A stretch of DNA of 64,000 bases from Camelus ferus (Eukaryota). The DNA is taken from positions 53,508,001 through 53,572,000 of the forward strand of contig NC_045707.1 of the NCBI RefSeq assembly GCF_009834535.1, given 5' to 3'. Positions 1 to 11,304 of the stretch are shown piece by piece (within the stretch, counting starts at the first letter, position 1; every line of letters begins with the position of its first letter). The notes under the pieces were generated by a model, which did not search any database, had not been told where the DNA came from, and worked only from the letters and a program-made list of their open reading frames with translations. Both the position numbers and the translations under genes were made by a program.

Positions 1-720
1 CTCGCGTCACCCGGCCGCCCCACTCGGACCCCGCGCCCGACGCGGCGCAGACACCGCCGAACACCCGCGAGGCGCGGACCCCACGGCCTGACTGACCGGC
101 GGCCGCCGCCCCCCGCCGCCCCCGCCCTCCAGGGGACGGCTTCTCCCGCCCCGCCTCCGACGCGAGCTGCGTCCGCGCCACAGACGCCGCAGAGCCCCGG
201 CTGCCTGCCCGGGGCCAGCCACCCGCCCCCTGCGCCCCGCGGGCCGGAACGACAGGGAGAGACCGAGGAGGCAGCGCCCACAGCCTACCTTCCCGCTGCC
301 ACAGCGGCCCCCGCGAGGCATCTCCGGGTGCGCCGCCTCCTCAGGGCGCCCGAAAGCTGTGCGCTGCCGAACCAACTCGGCGTGCCGTGCAGCACCGCGC
401 GCCGCGATTGGCGGGTGCTGGGGCGGGGGGCGGGGATTCTTCGGGCGCACCGCCCCCCCAGGACGCCGCGCCGCGTGCTGCGATTGGCCGGCGCTCAGGG
501 GTGGGCGTGGCTCTCCCGCTTTCCGCGCTATCTGGGACTGTCCCACAGTGCGGGGGTGGGAGCCGGGCGCCGGCACCAGCTGTGGGGCGAGTCGTGCTGC
601 GCTGCTCCGCCTGCCTGTGACCGGGCCCAAGGTCGGCAGAGTGCTCCCTGGACGGGCAACAGCGCCGCCGTCGCCTCCTGGTCGGGGAGCTGCTGGGCGA
701 GCGCCCCGCGTGGGGTCTGT
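1..720 (-). promoter_or_regulatory. CpG-island promoter of an unidentified minus-strand gene
   Basis: Very CpG-dense. Two CCAAT boxes on the minus strand (ATTGG at 407-411 and 483-487), GC boxes GGGGCGGGG at ~420-434, and a ZNF143-like TCCCACAGTGC at ~541-551. Confidence 0.8.
289..390 (-). other. Putative first exon (possible ATG at 321-319, MPRGGRCGSGK), followed by intron running off the left edge
   Basis: Minus-strand donor AAG|GTAGGC at 289/288 just downstream of the CCAAT boxes. The ATG lies exactly 33 nt before the donor. TSS position approximate. Confidence 0.5.
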
Positions 721-869
721 CAAGCAGGTCCAGCCTTAATAAAAATAAATGTTAGCCGAAGTGGGCTATGAATTTAACAGTCGGAACTTAGGGAATGGTT
801 GCAGCCTGGATAACCGGAGGCAGGGGTGTTACTTCCCCATCTCCTGAGAGCTGAGGGTCAGTATCCAGA

Positions 870-1030
870 GCAAGAATTTTCAAGTTCAGAGACATCGGAA
901 TCCCCGTGGGACTTGCTATGGCCGGTGACTGAGTTTCGGACTCCGAGGGTCCGGAGTGGGTCCAGAGAGCTTGCATTTCCTACAAGTTGCCAGGTAATCT
1001 TGCCCCTTTCCGCCTCACTTTGAGAACCGG
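870..1030. mobile_element. hAT-Charlie MITE (MER5A-like)
   Basis: Motifs CATCGGAATCCCC, CTTGCATTTCCTACAAGTTGCCAGGT and CACTTTGAGAACC resemble the MER5A consensus. Confidence 0.55.
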
Positions 1031-1844
1031 AGGCAGCGCCCTCCTTTAGACCCCATAAGGGAGCTCGATTAAGTATCCCTGCTCTTGGAGAATAGATTTA
1101 AAACGGAATACAGTGGGAAGGTGCCCGGACTGAGTAGAAACGGAATTAGGTTACCAAGTCACTAGGTAGGAGTATTCTCAAATAAAGGTTGCAGAGAGAA
1201 CTAAAATAGTGATTTGAGCGAACTGAAAAATGTCAGCCTGGATAGGTGGAAAGGATTCCCATTTTTAACCTGACAGCTATAGCAGAAGTGGAGTTTGGTC
1301 TTATGCTCCAAAAGCACATATTTGTGCCTCTGTAAGAATACGTTGTTTTGCAGTGTACCTATTTTCAGTCTTTCCTCCCTAGTCCCTATTTTTTCATCAT
1401 CTTGTGTTTGAGTTCTGATGCCTAAAGCCACAAATGCTTAGTATAAAGTGAGAAGTCCTTGAATGGTTAAAAAAAGAGAGAGAAAAGTATTAGCTTAAGG
1501 TAGACATTGCTAACACTATTACAGTCAACATGTAGAATAAGATAAATTAGATTCTAAATCTAGCTAGTTTAGGACTTAGAATATTGGGCTTCTGACTGGG
1601 ACTCCACAAAGCTCTGCCATTGTTGCCTTGTGACACAGTTTGACCATCCTATTGTGTCTGTGCCTGGGCTCTCAGTTTTACAGCTGCAACCAGACCCTTC
1701 CAAGCTGCTCCAGCTGTAGACCCATTATGTTGCCTACCTGTCATTGCCAGCTGAATGCCTGTTTTAGTCAGTTTTTGTGTGTGTGCAGACAGTGCCATGT
1801 CCTTCTTTGGTTTGTGGTGTCCAGTTTTCCCAGTGCCATTCATT

Positions 1845-2560
1845 GAGGGGAATGTCCTTTCCCTGGTGTAGGTTCCGGGCTCCTTTCATGTGAATTAACT
1901 GACCACATACCCATAGGTGATTTCTGGGCTATCTGTTCCTCTGGTCCGTGTCCCTGCTTTTGTGCCAATTCCACACTTTTTTGGTGACTGTAGTTTTGTA
2001 ATGCAGTGTGAAGTCAGAGAAGCAGATGCCTCCAGCCTGTCCCTTTCACAGAATCCCTTTGGCGGTTCAGGGTCCTTTGTGTTTCCACATGAATGTTAGG
2101 ATTCTTTGTTCTGTTCCTGTGAAAAATGCCACTGAAGCTTATCTTATTTTATTGAAGTATAGTCACTTTACAATGTTCCGTTACTTTCTGGTGTAGGGCA
2201 CAGTGATTTGACCAGGGTTGCCCAGTAATTTGAACATTACTTTGGGTAGAATGGACATTTTAATAATATTAATTCTTTCTATCTGTGAGCACAGGGTATC
2301 TTCCTATTTATCTGTGTCTGTTGTTTCTTTCCTCAGTGCCTTAGAATTTTCAGTGTGCAGGTCTTTCACACCCTTGATTAAATTTATTCCTAGGTATTTT
2401 TTTGGGATGCAATGGTAAATGGGATTTAAAAAATTTTCCTTTTTCTGATATTTCATTATTAATGTATAGAGAGACAACTGGTTTTTGTGTATTGATTTTT
2501 GAACCTTGTCACTTCACTGAGATGATTCATTAGTTCTGACAGTTTTTTGATGGTTTGAAA
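1845..2560 (-). mobile_element. Old L1 ORF2 fragment (part of duplicated unit U1)
   Basis: Antisense L1 ORF2 motifs such as TTTGGGTAGAATGGACATTTTAATAATATTAATTCTT and TTAAATTTATTCCTAGGTATTTT. Confidence 0.75.
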
Positions 2561-3273
2561 ACTAGAAATCAGAAATCGCCCTGTTTGGACTCCATCCAGG
2601 TCATCCACAGCACCTAAAACACAGTGGCTCCTAATCTTCCCACAGTGCCTCTAAATTACCTGTGGACTTCTACAAGGGCGATTAGCATCAGCACTTTGGG
2701 TGAACTGGATCTGGTTAAGGGTGGGCCTCCTATAAGGAAATCGGATGTCTCCTCTGCTTTTTTCATGTGGTGTTGACATGATTGTGTTGAAAAGTGATTT
2801 AGTTTCTAGTAATTTCAAACGTAAAAAATACTTTAAATAGCATTTAACAGTACTCACATTTGCTACCTGACATAAAATATTCCAGTGGGTTTTACTAAAA
2901 CTGGGATACTCTCTCAAGGAACCAGCAGATAAACCCCAAATGAAGAAATTTTATGGTTCCACCTGGCAATCCCATCCACAAGCCCACTTAAGCCTTCACT
3001 GTTACCCCAAGTTATGGAAATGTGTTTTTCCATTCTGATCCAGTTTTCTTTTTCTGAAACCATTATGGCAATTTCCCTCATTTTCAAAATCTTAATGGAT
3101 TTAAAGCACACGAGATAGTACAATCTGGGCCTCTGACTTCTTACACTTAGAGTGTTCTCAGTGTTCATCCAAGTTGTAACATGAGTCATCAGTGCATCAT
3201 TCATTTTTCCCCATTGTGATTAGAGATTCATAACATAACATTTACTGTTTAAACCATTTAAAATACACAGTAC

Positions 3274-3324
3274 ACAACATTGTAAAATGATTATAAATCA
3301 ATAAAAATGTTAAAAAAAATAAAA
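3274..3324 (+). mobile_element. Extremely 5'-truncated young L1 (3' tip only) with 15-bp TSD
   Basis: ACAACATTGTAAAATGATTATAAATCAATAAAAATGTT plus A-tail, flanked by TAAAATACACAGTAC at 3259-3273 and 3325-3339. Confidence 0.8.
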
Positions 3325-4642
3325 TAAAATACACAGTACTATCACATGAACTACATTTACATGGTTATACAAATATTCTCAACATCCATTTCCAGAATTC
3401 ACTCATTTTTCCCAAGTGACACTCTGTATCCATTAAATGCTGACTCCCCTCAGCCCCTGGCAATGATCCGCTTTCTCTCTCTGAATTTAGCTTCTCTGGA
3501 TACCTTGTATAAGTGGAATCATGTAGCATTTGTCCTTCTGTGTCTCGCTTATTTCATGTAGCACAGTGACTTGAAGATTTATCCATGTCGTAGCATGTGT
3601 CATAATTCCTTAGTTGTTAAGGCTGTGTAGTGTTCCATTGTGTATACACCACATTTAGTTTATCCATTCATCTGTTGATGGACACGAGTTGCTTCCATCT
3701 TTTGCTATTGTGATTAATGCTACTATGACCATGGGTGTACCCATGTCTGTTCCAGTCCCTGCTTTCAAGTATTTTGAACATATACCCTGGAGTGGAATTG
3801 ATGGGATCACATGTTAACCCCGTGTGTAAGATTTTGAGGAACTGCCATGTCATTTTCCAGAGTGATTGCACCGTTTTACTTTATTCCTTTATCTGGCAGG
3901 CTCAGAGGGCAGTTTATGGACAGAACTCATTTGTTTATCTATTCAGCCTATGATGAATGTTTCAATTGTTCTACCTTTTTGGCCATTGTGAATATTGCTG
4001 CTATGAACATTCATGTACAGTTTTTTTGAACACCTCTTTTTAATGCTTTGATGTGTATAACTAGAAGTGAAGTTGTTGAACCATAAGGTAACGGTATTTT
4101 AATCTTTTTGAGGAAATGGCAAACTGTTGTCCACATAGTCTGTGCCATTTTCCAACTCCACAAGTAATGATTAAGAGTTTCAGTTTCTCTACAGGTTTGC
4201 CAATATGTGTTATTTTTATTTAGTTTTTTAATTGTAAGCATTCTACTGTGTTTGAAGGGGAATGGCATTATGCTAATTTGCATTTCCATTATGACTGATG
4301 ATATTGTCATGTGCTTGTTGACTGTCTTGTCTGGAGAAGGGTCAGTTCAAGTTCTTTTACTGTTTTAAAAATTGGCTTGTTTGCCTTTCTGTTTATGAGT
4401 TGTAAAAGTTCTTGGTATATTCTTGATAAAGATTCTTTTCCGATATATAATGTGCAGATATTTTCTTTGATTTTTTGGGCTGTCTCTTCACTTCCTGGAT
4501 AGCATCTTTCATGCACACATTTTAATTTTGAGGAAATACAATTTATCTTTTTTCTTTCTTTGCTTGTATTTTGGTGTCAGATTTAAGAAGATTGCTAAAT
4601 CCAAGGTAAGATGATTTATCCCCATTTTTTTTGACAGTTTAT

Positions 4643-4954
4643 ATAGCTGTCCTTCCCTGTCTGTGAGGTATTGGTTCCAGTGCTCAAGTCCGTTATATAA
4701 AATGGTGTAGTATTTGCAAATAATCTAAACACAACTTCCTGTTTGTTGTAAATCATTTCTAGATCAGTTATAATACCTAATACAATGTAAATGATGTGGA
4801 AATAGTTCTGAAAAACAGTATGTGAAATAGCTGCTGACATGCAGCAAATTCAAGTTTTTCTGTATGAACTTTCTCAAAAATATGTTTTTTTTTTCCCATC
4901 TGAAGTTGGTTGATTCTGTGGATGTGGAACCTGCAGATAAGGAGGGTTGACTGT
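4643..4954. mobile_element. TcMar-Tigger MITE (MER2-like); paralogous copy at ~12306-12645
   Basis: TATATAAAATGGTGTAGTATTTGC, AATACCTAATACAATGTAAATG and the end GGAGGGTTGACTGTA. Confidence 0.75.
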
Positions 4955-6197
4955 AATTTTATTTCTTTTTAAATTTAAGCTTTTAAATCTATCTTGAGTT
5001 AGTTTTATGTGTGGTGTGAAGTAAGGACCCAATTTTATTCCTCTACACTTGGGTAGCCAATTGCCCAGCACCATTTGTTGAAAATATGATTTTTTCCCAG
5101 TTTAATGTTGCCCATTGTTGTCAAAAATCAGTTGATCCTAGATGGATGGATTTATTTCTGGGCTCACCATTCAATTCTATAGATCTATAAACATATATTT
5201 ATGCCAGTATCACATTGTTTTATTTACTGTTGCTTTGTACTAAGATTTGAAATTGGGAAATGTGAGCCTCCAACTTTGATTTTCTTTTTCTAGATTGTTT
5301 TGGCACTTTGGAGTCCCTTGTGATTCCATGTGTAAGGTAGGGTAGGCTTGTGTATTTCTTCCCTTAGGCCTTGGGATTTTTCACAGGAATCACATTGAAT
5401 CTGTAGATTGCATTATGTACTGTTGTCATTTTTGCCATCTTAACAAAATTAAGTATTTCCGTCATCATGGGATGTCTGCATATTTACTTAGCATTTCTTT
5501 CTCCAATGCTTTATAACTTTCAGTGTACCAGTTTTGCATCCTTATTAAACCTGCTCCAAAGTATTTATTAATGTTGAAGTTATTTAAAAAGGAAATTGTT
5601 TTCTTAAAATCTTTTACAGATCATTCATTGCTAGTGTCTACAAATAAAGTTGATTTTTGTTGATCGACGTTTTGTTCTACTCTTTTGCTGAATTAGTTTA
5701 GCAGCTCAAATAATCTTTAGTTAATTCTTTAGGAGAGTCTATATATAGGATGATGTGAATTGTGTCTTTGAATAAAAGCAATTTTACTTTTCCCTTTCAT
5801 GTGTGCATTTTCCTTCTTTCCTCATTGCTCAGTGTAGAGATTCCAGTACAATACTGAGTAACAGTGGGGAAAGCCAGCATCATGGCCTTAATCTTGATTT
5901 CAGGAGTAAACCTTGTTGTTCTTCAGCATTGAGCATGAAGTTTGCTTTGGGTCTTGCATAACACATTTTATCATGTTGAACAAATTTCCTTTTACTTTCT
6001 TGAGTGTTTATGAATATGAAACAGCACTGGATTTTGTGTAAAGTTTTTTTTCTGTATCAATTGAGATAACCATGTGTTTTTGTGTCACATAGTGACTGTG
6101 GTATATTACATTGCTTGGTTTTAATATGTTGAAAACCTGGATTTCTGGTGTAGAGAAACTTGCTTGTAGTACATAATCTTTTTTTTTTTTTTCCCAC

Positions 6198-6518
6198 TTG
6201 TTATGGTTAAGGGCTGTGGGTTAAAGTTAGGGTTAAGTAATTGGTTTAAGGTAAGGCATGGGTGAGAGGCAGGGCTAGACTAAGGCTAGTGTGTAGTCCT
6301 GGGTCAGGGTCAGTGTCAGCATTTAGAGTTATTGTAGGGGTTGTAGAGTCAGGGTTGGAGGGTCAGATTGAGGGTAAGGGTCAGTGTTTTGAGTTTATGG
6401 GTCAGGGCCAAGGGTCTAGGGGCCTGGGGTTAGGGTATAGGGTTATAGGTTAGGTGATTAGAGTATAGATGAGTGTGTTAGGTTTAGAGCATTAGGGTTA
6501 GAAAAGTTAGATTTAAGC
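6198..6518 (+). repeat. Degenerate interstitial telomeric repeat tract
   Basis: Hexamer periodicity with TTAGGG at 6227, 6430 and 6492, plus TCAGGG/TAAGGG/TTAGAG/TTAGGT variants throughout. Confidence 0.7.
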
Positions 6519-7494
6519 ATCACTGGCCCACTTCCTCCTTTTTCCTCTCCATCTCTTTGAGGTCTCCAGGATGGGCAGGATTAGCCCAGGGGCACACATG
6601 AGTCAGGGAGTTGACTCTACCACTGTTTTCCTGCCCCCTAGTCCTGGGCTCTGAGAGAAGAGTGAAATGTTTGTTCTTGTCACTGACTGTTTTAAATCCA
6701 ACTCAACATCAGTCAAGGCTTGTGGGGCCTCAGAAGTCACACAGTGTTTTCCTCTGCCCTCTCACCTGGGCAAGGCATTGCTGTCCCAACTCTGCCTGCA
6801 CAGCCCCGGGTTCTAGCACAGTAGTGGCACCCAGAACACTCAGTAAACAAGTGTGGATGTACACAGGACCGGGTGGAGGGACCTGCCAGCCCCCAGGTGC
6901 TCCCTTCATGAGTGCTGATGGGCCCCTCCTGAAACTGGCTGGATCTTTTGTCCCACCTGAGCGGGCATCAAGGGATAGTCAAGTCAGGCAGGGCAGCCCT
7001 TGACTTCTGACCATCTGGACAGGCATTCATGGTCCTCCAGCTCAGGCCAGCTTGGGCCTGTCAAGCCCCTGTTGCCAGTTACTAAGCTGACCATGCTGCT
7101 GGGCAATTCAACAGCCCCCTGGGCAGTGTAGAGAGCACTTTGGGAAGTTTAAATTCTCTACAACCATAGGGTTGACAAAAGGGCCTTCAGCCTTGAAAGC
7201 TTTTAGCTTGCCAAGAGAGATAATAAACCAGGTAGCACCCTGACCTCGGGTCCTTGGCAGCGCCACACCCCATCGCCTTTCCCTGTGCTTTTGGAGTCTC
7301 CTCCCCTCCCCGCAGCAGAACTACTGGGCCTGAGGCCTGCAAGTGCTCCACCCCACCAGGCCTCCCACAGGGTCAGCCTTGCACAGCCCTCGTTCTCCGC
7401 GGGAAAAGCATGCAGGAGAGAGGAGTGGGGAGTCCTGCTTGTCAGCACGACAGATGGAAGACAGGGGACAGCGACCAAAGCGCCTGGAGGGGCC

Positions 7495-7775
7495 CAGACC
7501 ATAGCACCCAGAATCCCCTGTGTGGCCTGGGATTGCAGTACCCAGAATCCTTGGTGTGCGCCCATCCTGGGGCTACAGTACCCATTGGTCTCGGTATGTT
7601 ATCCACTCCCCACCTCGGCCCATTCTGGGACTACAGCACCTAGAACCTTTGGTATGTTCCCACTCTCGCCACCCCATCCTGGGACTACAGCACCCAGAAT
7701 CCTCAGCGTGCCACCACAGTGGGACGTCAGCACCCAGAATCCTCCAGGCAGCCCTGGACTGCAATGCCAGGAACC
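7495..7775 (+). promoter_or_regulatory. Array of ~7 ZNF143/THAP11-type (ACTACA-nnn-CCCAGAAT) motifs
   Basis: GGGACTACAGCACCCAGAATCC at 7681, with variants at ~7497, 7529, 7570, 7628, 7721 and 7756. Confidence 0.55.
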
Positions 7776-8333
7776 ACAGGAATCCAACCTGGTTCACTGG
7801 CGACAGAGGCGTCTTTCCCGAGCCTGCCGTTTGTTACCTGGTTGGTGGCCACTCTGGTGCCACCCTTTCCTGCTCTCATTTTCCCCCTCAAAGGTGGGCA
7901 GTCAGGACCCTTGAGCGTGGGCCTGCAGTGACCTGGGCAAACTGGGAGCCACGGGCCCGTCCTCAGTTTTCACAGGGTGGACTGAGGCCGGGGGACTCCC
8001 CCAGTTGCCTGCTAGACTACATCTCTGTGTGCTCCTGTGGGGCCCTGAGTCCTTTTCCCTGGCATCTGGATTCTCATGTCAGTGATGGTCAGCTTGGCTC
8101 CAGAGGCATCTGTGCCTCAACCCCAAGTTTCTGCCCAGCCCAATCTTTGCACCTCTGTGACTTCTCCTGCCAGCCCCAGGGCTTGAGAACCATTCCACCT
8201 GGTGGGAAGGCCTGTCCAGCCTGGCACCTTCTTGCTTCTCTCTCCAGTTTGTCACTGAATTGGTAGACTAGACCTGTGCCTGGGTCTTAGCTGGGGACAG
8301 GACCCCTTGCCTCAGCCAGGGAGGTTCTTCTTC

Positions 8334-8878
8334 TGATGAGATTCATGGTGCCAATAATGAGACAGATGCTGAGACTGGAGCATCACAAGCTTTACTCAGT
8401 GGCCAAAGACTGGCAAAGTGGTAACCTAGCTCACAGATCAGCTTCTCAACCCAACTCAGTTGCAGACACCAAATATATAGAAGGGTCAAAGTGAAGGGGC
8501 ATGGTTGAGTGTCAGGTCAGTGTTGTGTGGCTGGAGATTGGAAAGAGTGGTAGGAATATTAATGACTTAACAGGGATGTGGTTGGACCCGACACTGATGC
8601 AACTCCTTTTCAATCCTTGTGTGGGAGTTTTTGGTTGTTGTCATGGCAATTGTCAACTGTCATGGTGCTGGTGGGTGTGTCATTTAGCATGCTGATATAT
8701 TACAATGAATGTATAATAAGGCTCAAGGTTGACTGGAAGTCAGATCCTCTGCAGTCTTGGGCCTAGTTGGTTCTAATCAGTTTTTGTATTTTTCTCAATG
8801 CAGCTTCCTCCTGAAACTTAGAAAACAGTAATTGGGTTCCACTCAAGGGAGGGGCAGGGGTATGAACCTGGGGCAACA
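8334..8878 (-). mobile_element. ERV1-type solo LTR (MER4-group-like)
   Basis: TG...CA ends and the GTCATGGCAATTGTCAACTGTCATGGTGCTGGTGGGTGTGTC motif typical of MER4-group LTRs. Confidence 0.55.
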
Positions 8879-9179
8879 GAGGATGTATCTTGCATCTTTT
8901 CTGTTGTATGAAAAATTCTGAAGGTGTATAATTGTGGAAAGAATCAGAATTGCTTGTGTTTTTAAAATGAAAGTTGACAGTCTACAGTCTTTACAAATAT
9001 TCACTAGCTACTTAGGACTCCTTATTTGATATGAGTGGGTCTTTTTAATGAGGTTTTTGTCTGATTGCATTGTGTAATGTCCTCAGAGGCACCACTTTGA
9101 TATTTCTGCTGTCTTAACAAAGGATTTTCCATTCAAATGTGTTTTCCTATGCCCTGCATTTTAATCTTTGTTCAGAATT

Positions 9180-10505
9180 CTTTTTTCAGGGGGAGGTAAT
9201 AAAGGTTATTTGGGGAGATACTGTTAAACAAAATTAAAGTTGTGTACATTAGCAACATAACTCAACATCCTTAACTTGGTATAAGAGTAACACATTTTCT
9301 TGCTTTCCTGTGTTCTGTTAAATCACCATAAGCTAAATAGCTTTATAAAACTGATACGCTGATATTTAGCTTTACTATTTTTGCTTATGCTCTGATGCCA
9401 AGCCAACTTTTCATAAGTTTCTTTGATCTCTGAGTCCATCTCATCATCAATATCATCCAATTGTGGATCACCAGCCTCTGATAAATCTGTTCCATTTTCT
9501 TCATAATCTGGAAAAAAGCCATCTCTTTGAAGCAATTCTCAGTATTTCTTTTGATAATCTGGATGAACTGCCAGGAAAGGAGTGCCATCAGATGTAGAAT
9601 ATTGGTTCATTCATAAAATAGTCTCACGTTCAGGTGCCGCTTCTCTGTTGAGGTTGTATGGATTCTAAACCAGTTACTTGACCGGAGTTCTACAAGTTTC
9701 ATGAGCATCTGATTTATATCTCTGGCCATTTGCATCTAGGATGACATTTTCAATTCTCTGAATAATTTCTTGGATACCAGTCTTTCCTTTTTCTTTCCAG
9801 CATCTTCCAAACTGACCCTGTCAACTTCAGTATCAGTACTACACACATTAAGTTGTTGGCCAGAGGGTTAGAAAAAAGGACATCCAACAACTCCTGAAGA
9901 AGACCTGCTCTCATAACCTTGCCCATTTGTTTCCTTGATCTCCAGGTTAAAATAAAGTTCTTCCAGGAAGAGTACAAATGCATGGAATCATTTTCAAGTC
10001 ACTTCATTCTTTTTGCAGCTTGTTCCTTAACTTCATATTAATTCTGGTATCTTTAAAGTAGCAATTGGTGGAAACTTCCACTCTCTGGAAGTTGCCAATT
10101 GCTAGCTCTCATATAAGAGGATTTGAGATAGACATGGCCTGTTGATACATGACTTCTCCGTGTTCTTGCAAAACATCATCTATTGTAACACAGCCATTCA
10201 CTGTCTCTGCAAACCACTCAGTTTCATTTTCCAAACCTATGAAATGGTTTGTAAGATGATTCAAAAATTCCTGGACATATTCGTATAGAGTGGGATAATC
10301 CTTACAACCATCCTCATAGGATTCTGTATAATTAGAGGAACAAATTGGAGGGTAAAATTTAGGGCATTCACAGACAGCTTTGATGTGAATAAGGAGCCAC
10401 AACCACCCAGGGCTTAGCCAGTGCTGACCCCTGAGTTCTACAATGAGGTGTCAATCTGTGAACTCATCTTGCTCCCAGGAGGGCTCCCTTACAGGTGGTT
10501 CTCAG
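9180..10505 (-). pseudogene. PAIP1: Processed pseudogene of PAIP1 (poly(A)-binding protein interacting protein 1), 5'-truncated, many frameshifts
   Basis: Peptides SKLSVNA(P)KFYP (PAM2), YTESYEDGCKDYPTLYEYVQEFLNHLT, ELLDVLFSNP, KLTGSV and FFPDYEENGTDLSEAGDPQLDDIDDEMD match PAIP1. Contiguous without introns and followed by 3'UTR-like sequence. Confidence 0.92.
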
Positions 10506-10529
10506 AGAGAAGTGCTTATAGTCTGTTTC

Positions 10530-11300
10530 TAAGTTTTAGCATTTTATGTTATCTGGAGAGACAGGGAATTCCCCAAAGCATCCCCTGGCCCCTTTTTGTT
10601 CAATAGTCCTTGCTTTAGCTCTCTCTCCTTTTTGCCATTCAGTTTAAGCAGCAAGGAAGAAGCAGCTAGGAGACACTTGGTACTTTCTGGAAATCTTAGC
10701 TAGTTCACCCAATGCTTGGCCTCATTTTGAACTTTCCACGTTACTGTAGGAACGGTGTTACAAAGATCCTCTTTCCTCTAGTTTGTAGTCAGATTTTTTG
10801 ATATTATCCTCACCAACAGCCTCTTCAAAATATGGGCTTCTATTAACAGTATGTTCACACCAAGTCAAGCTTTCACTAACACTTCTGAAATCCTTTTTCC
10901 TTTCTCCCGCTGCCTGATTTCAAAGCCACTCCCACATTTTAGGTTTTTGTTATAACAACCCACTGCTATAGGTACCAAAATTTGTATGAATTATGTAATG
11001 TTGCTTAACAAATTACCATCGGTTTATCAACTTAGCAAATACGTATGTTCTCCCACAGTTTCCATGGGTTCGGTGTCCAGGAGGGGGTTATCTAGGGTGG
11101 TTCTGACTCACAGCCTCTCATGAGGTTGCAGCTAAGTCATCATCATTATCATCTAGTGCTGGAGGATCTGCCTCCAAGATGAGTGTTACTTCTTTGCCTG
11201 GTACATTATTGCTGGTGGAGGGCAGTTCCTCCTGGTTTCCTGCATGAGTTTGCTTGCGTGTGCTCACAGTGTGTGGCTCCAGGCATTCCCCAGAGTCTTT
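10530..11300 (-). mobile_element. ERVL-MaLR (MLT1-like) internal/LTR junction
   Basis: GGTACCAAAATTTGTATGAATTAT...AACAAATTACC...CTCCCACAGTTTCC, typical of MLT1. Confidence 0.6.
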
Positions 11301-11304
11301 GATG

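Larger units (their letters stand above)
3100..6180 (-). mobile_element. Stack of old antisense L1 fragments (L1M-type 3' ends and ORF2)
   Basis: Repeated L1 antisense motifs (TTCATCTGTTGATGGACAC, CCCAGCACCATTTGTTGAA, GAATCTGTAGATTGC). Short minus-strand ORFs resemble the ORF2 C-terminus. Confidence 0.75.

Noticed and set aside
279..345. Resemblance of the minus-strand exon (CCGGAGATGCCT...GCGGGAAG|GTAGGCTGTG) to recalled SNURF-SNRPN exon 1
   Set aside because: Short similarity recalled from memory only. The SNURF start (ATGGAGCGGGCAAG) is absent, and the duplicated exon modules lie on the opposite strand to what SNRPN upstream exons would require.
7..771. Long overlapping ORFs (up to 238 aa) in the left CpG island
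   Set aside because: Arg/Gly/Pro/Ala-rich ORFs on both strands are expected in stop-poor GC-rich DNA, and no domain is recognisable.
7203..8266. ORFs of 120-248 aa
   Set aside because: They overlap the motif array on both strands, with no recognisable protein similarity.
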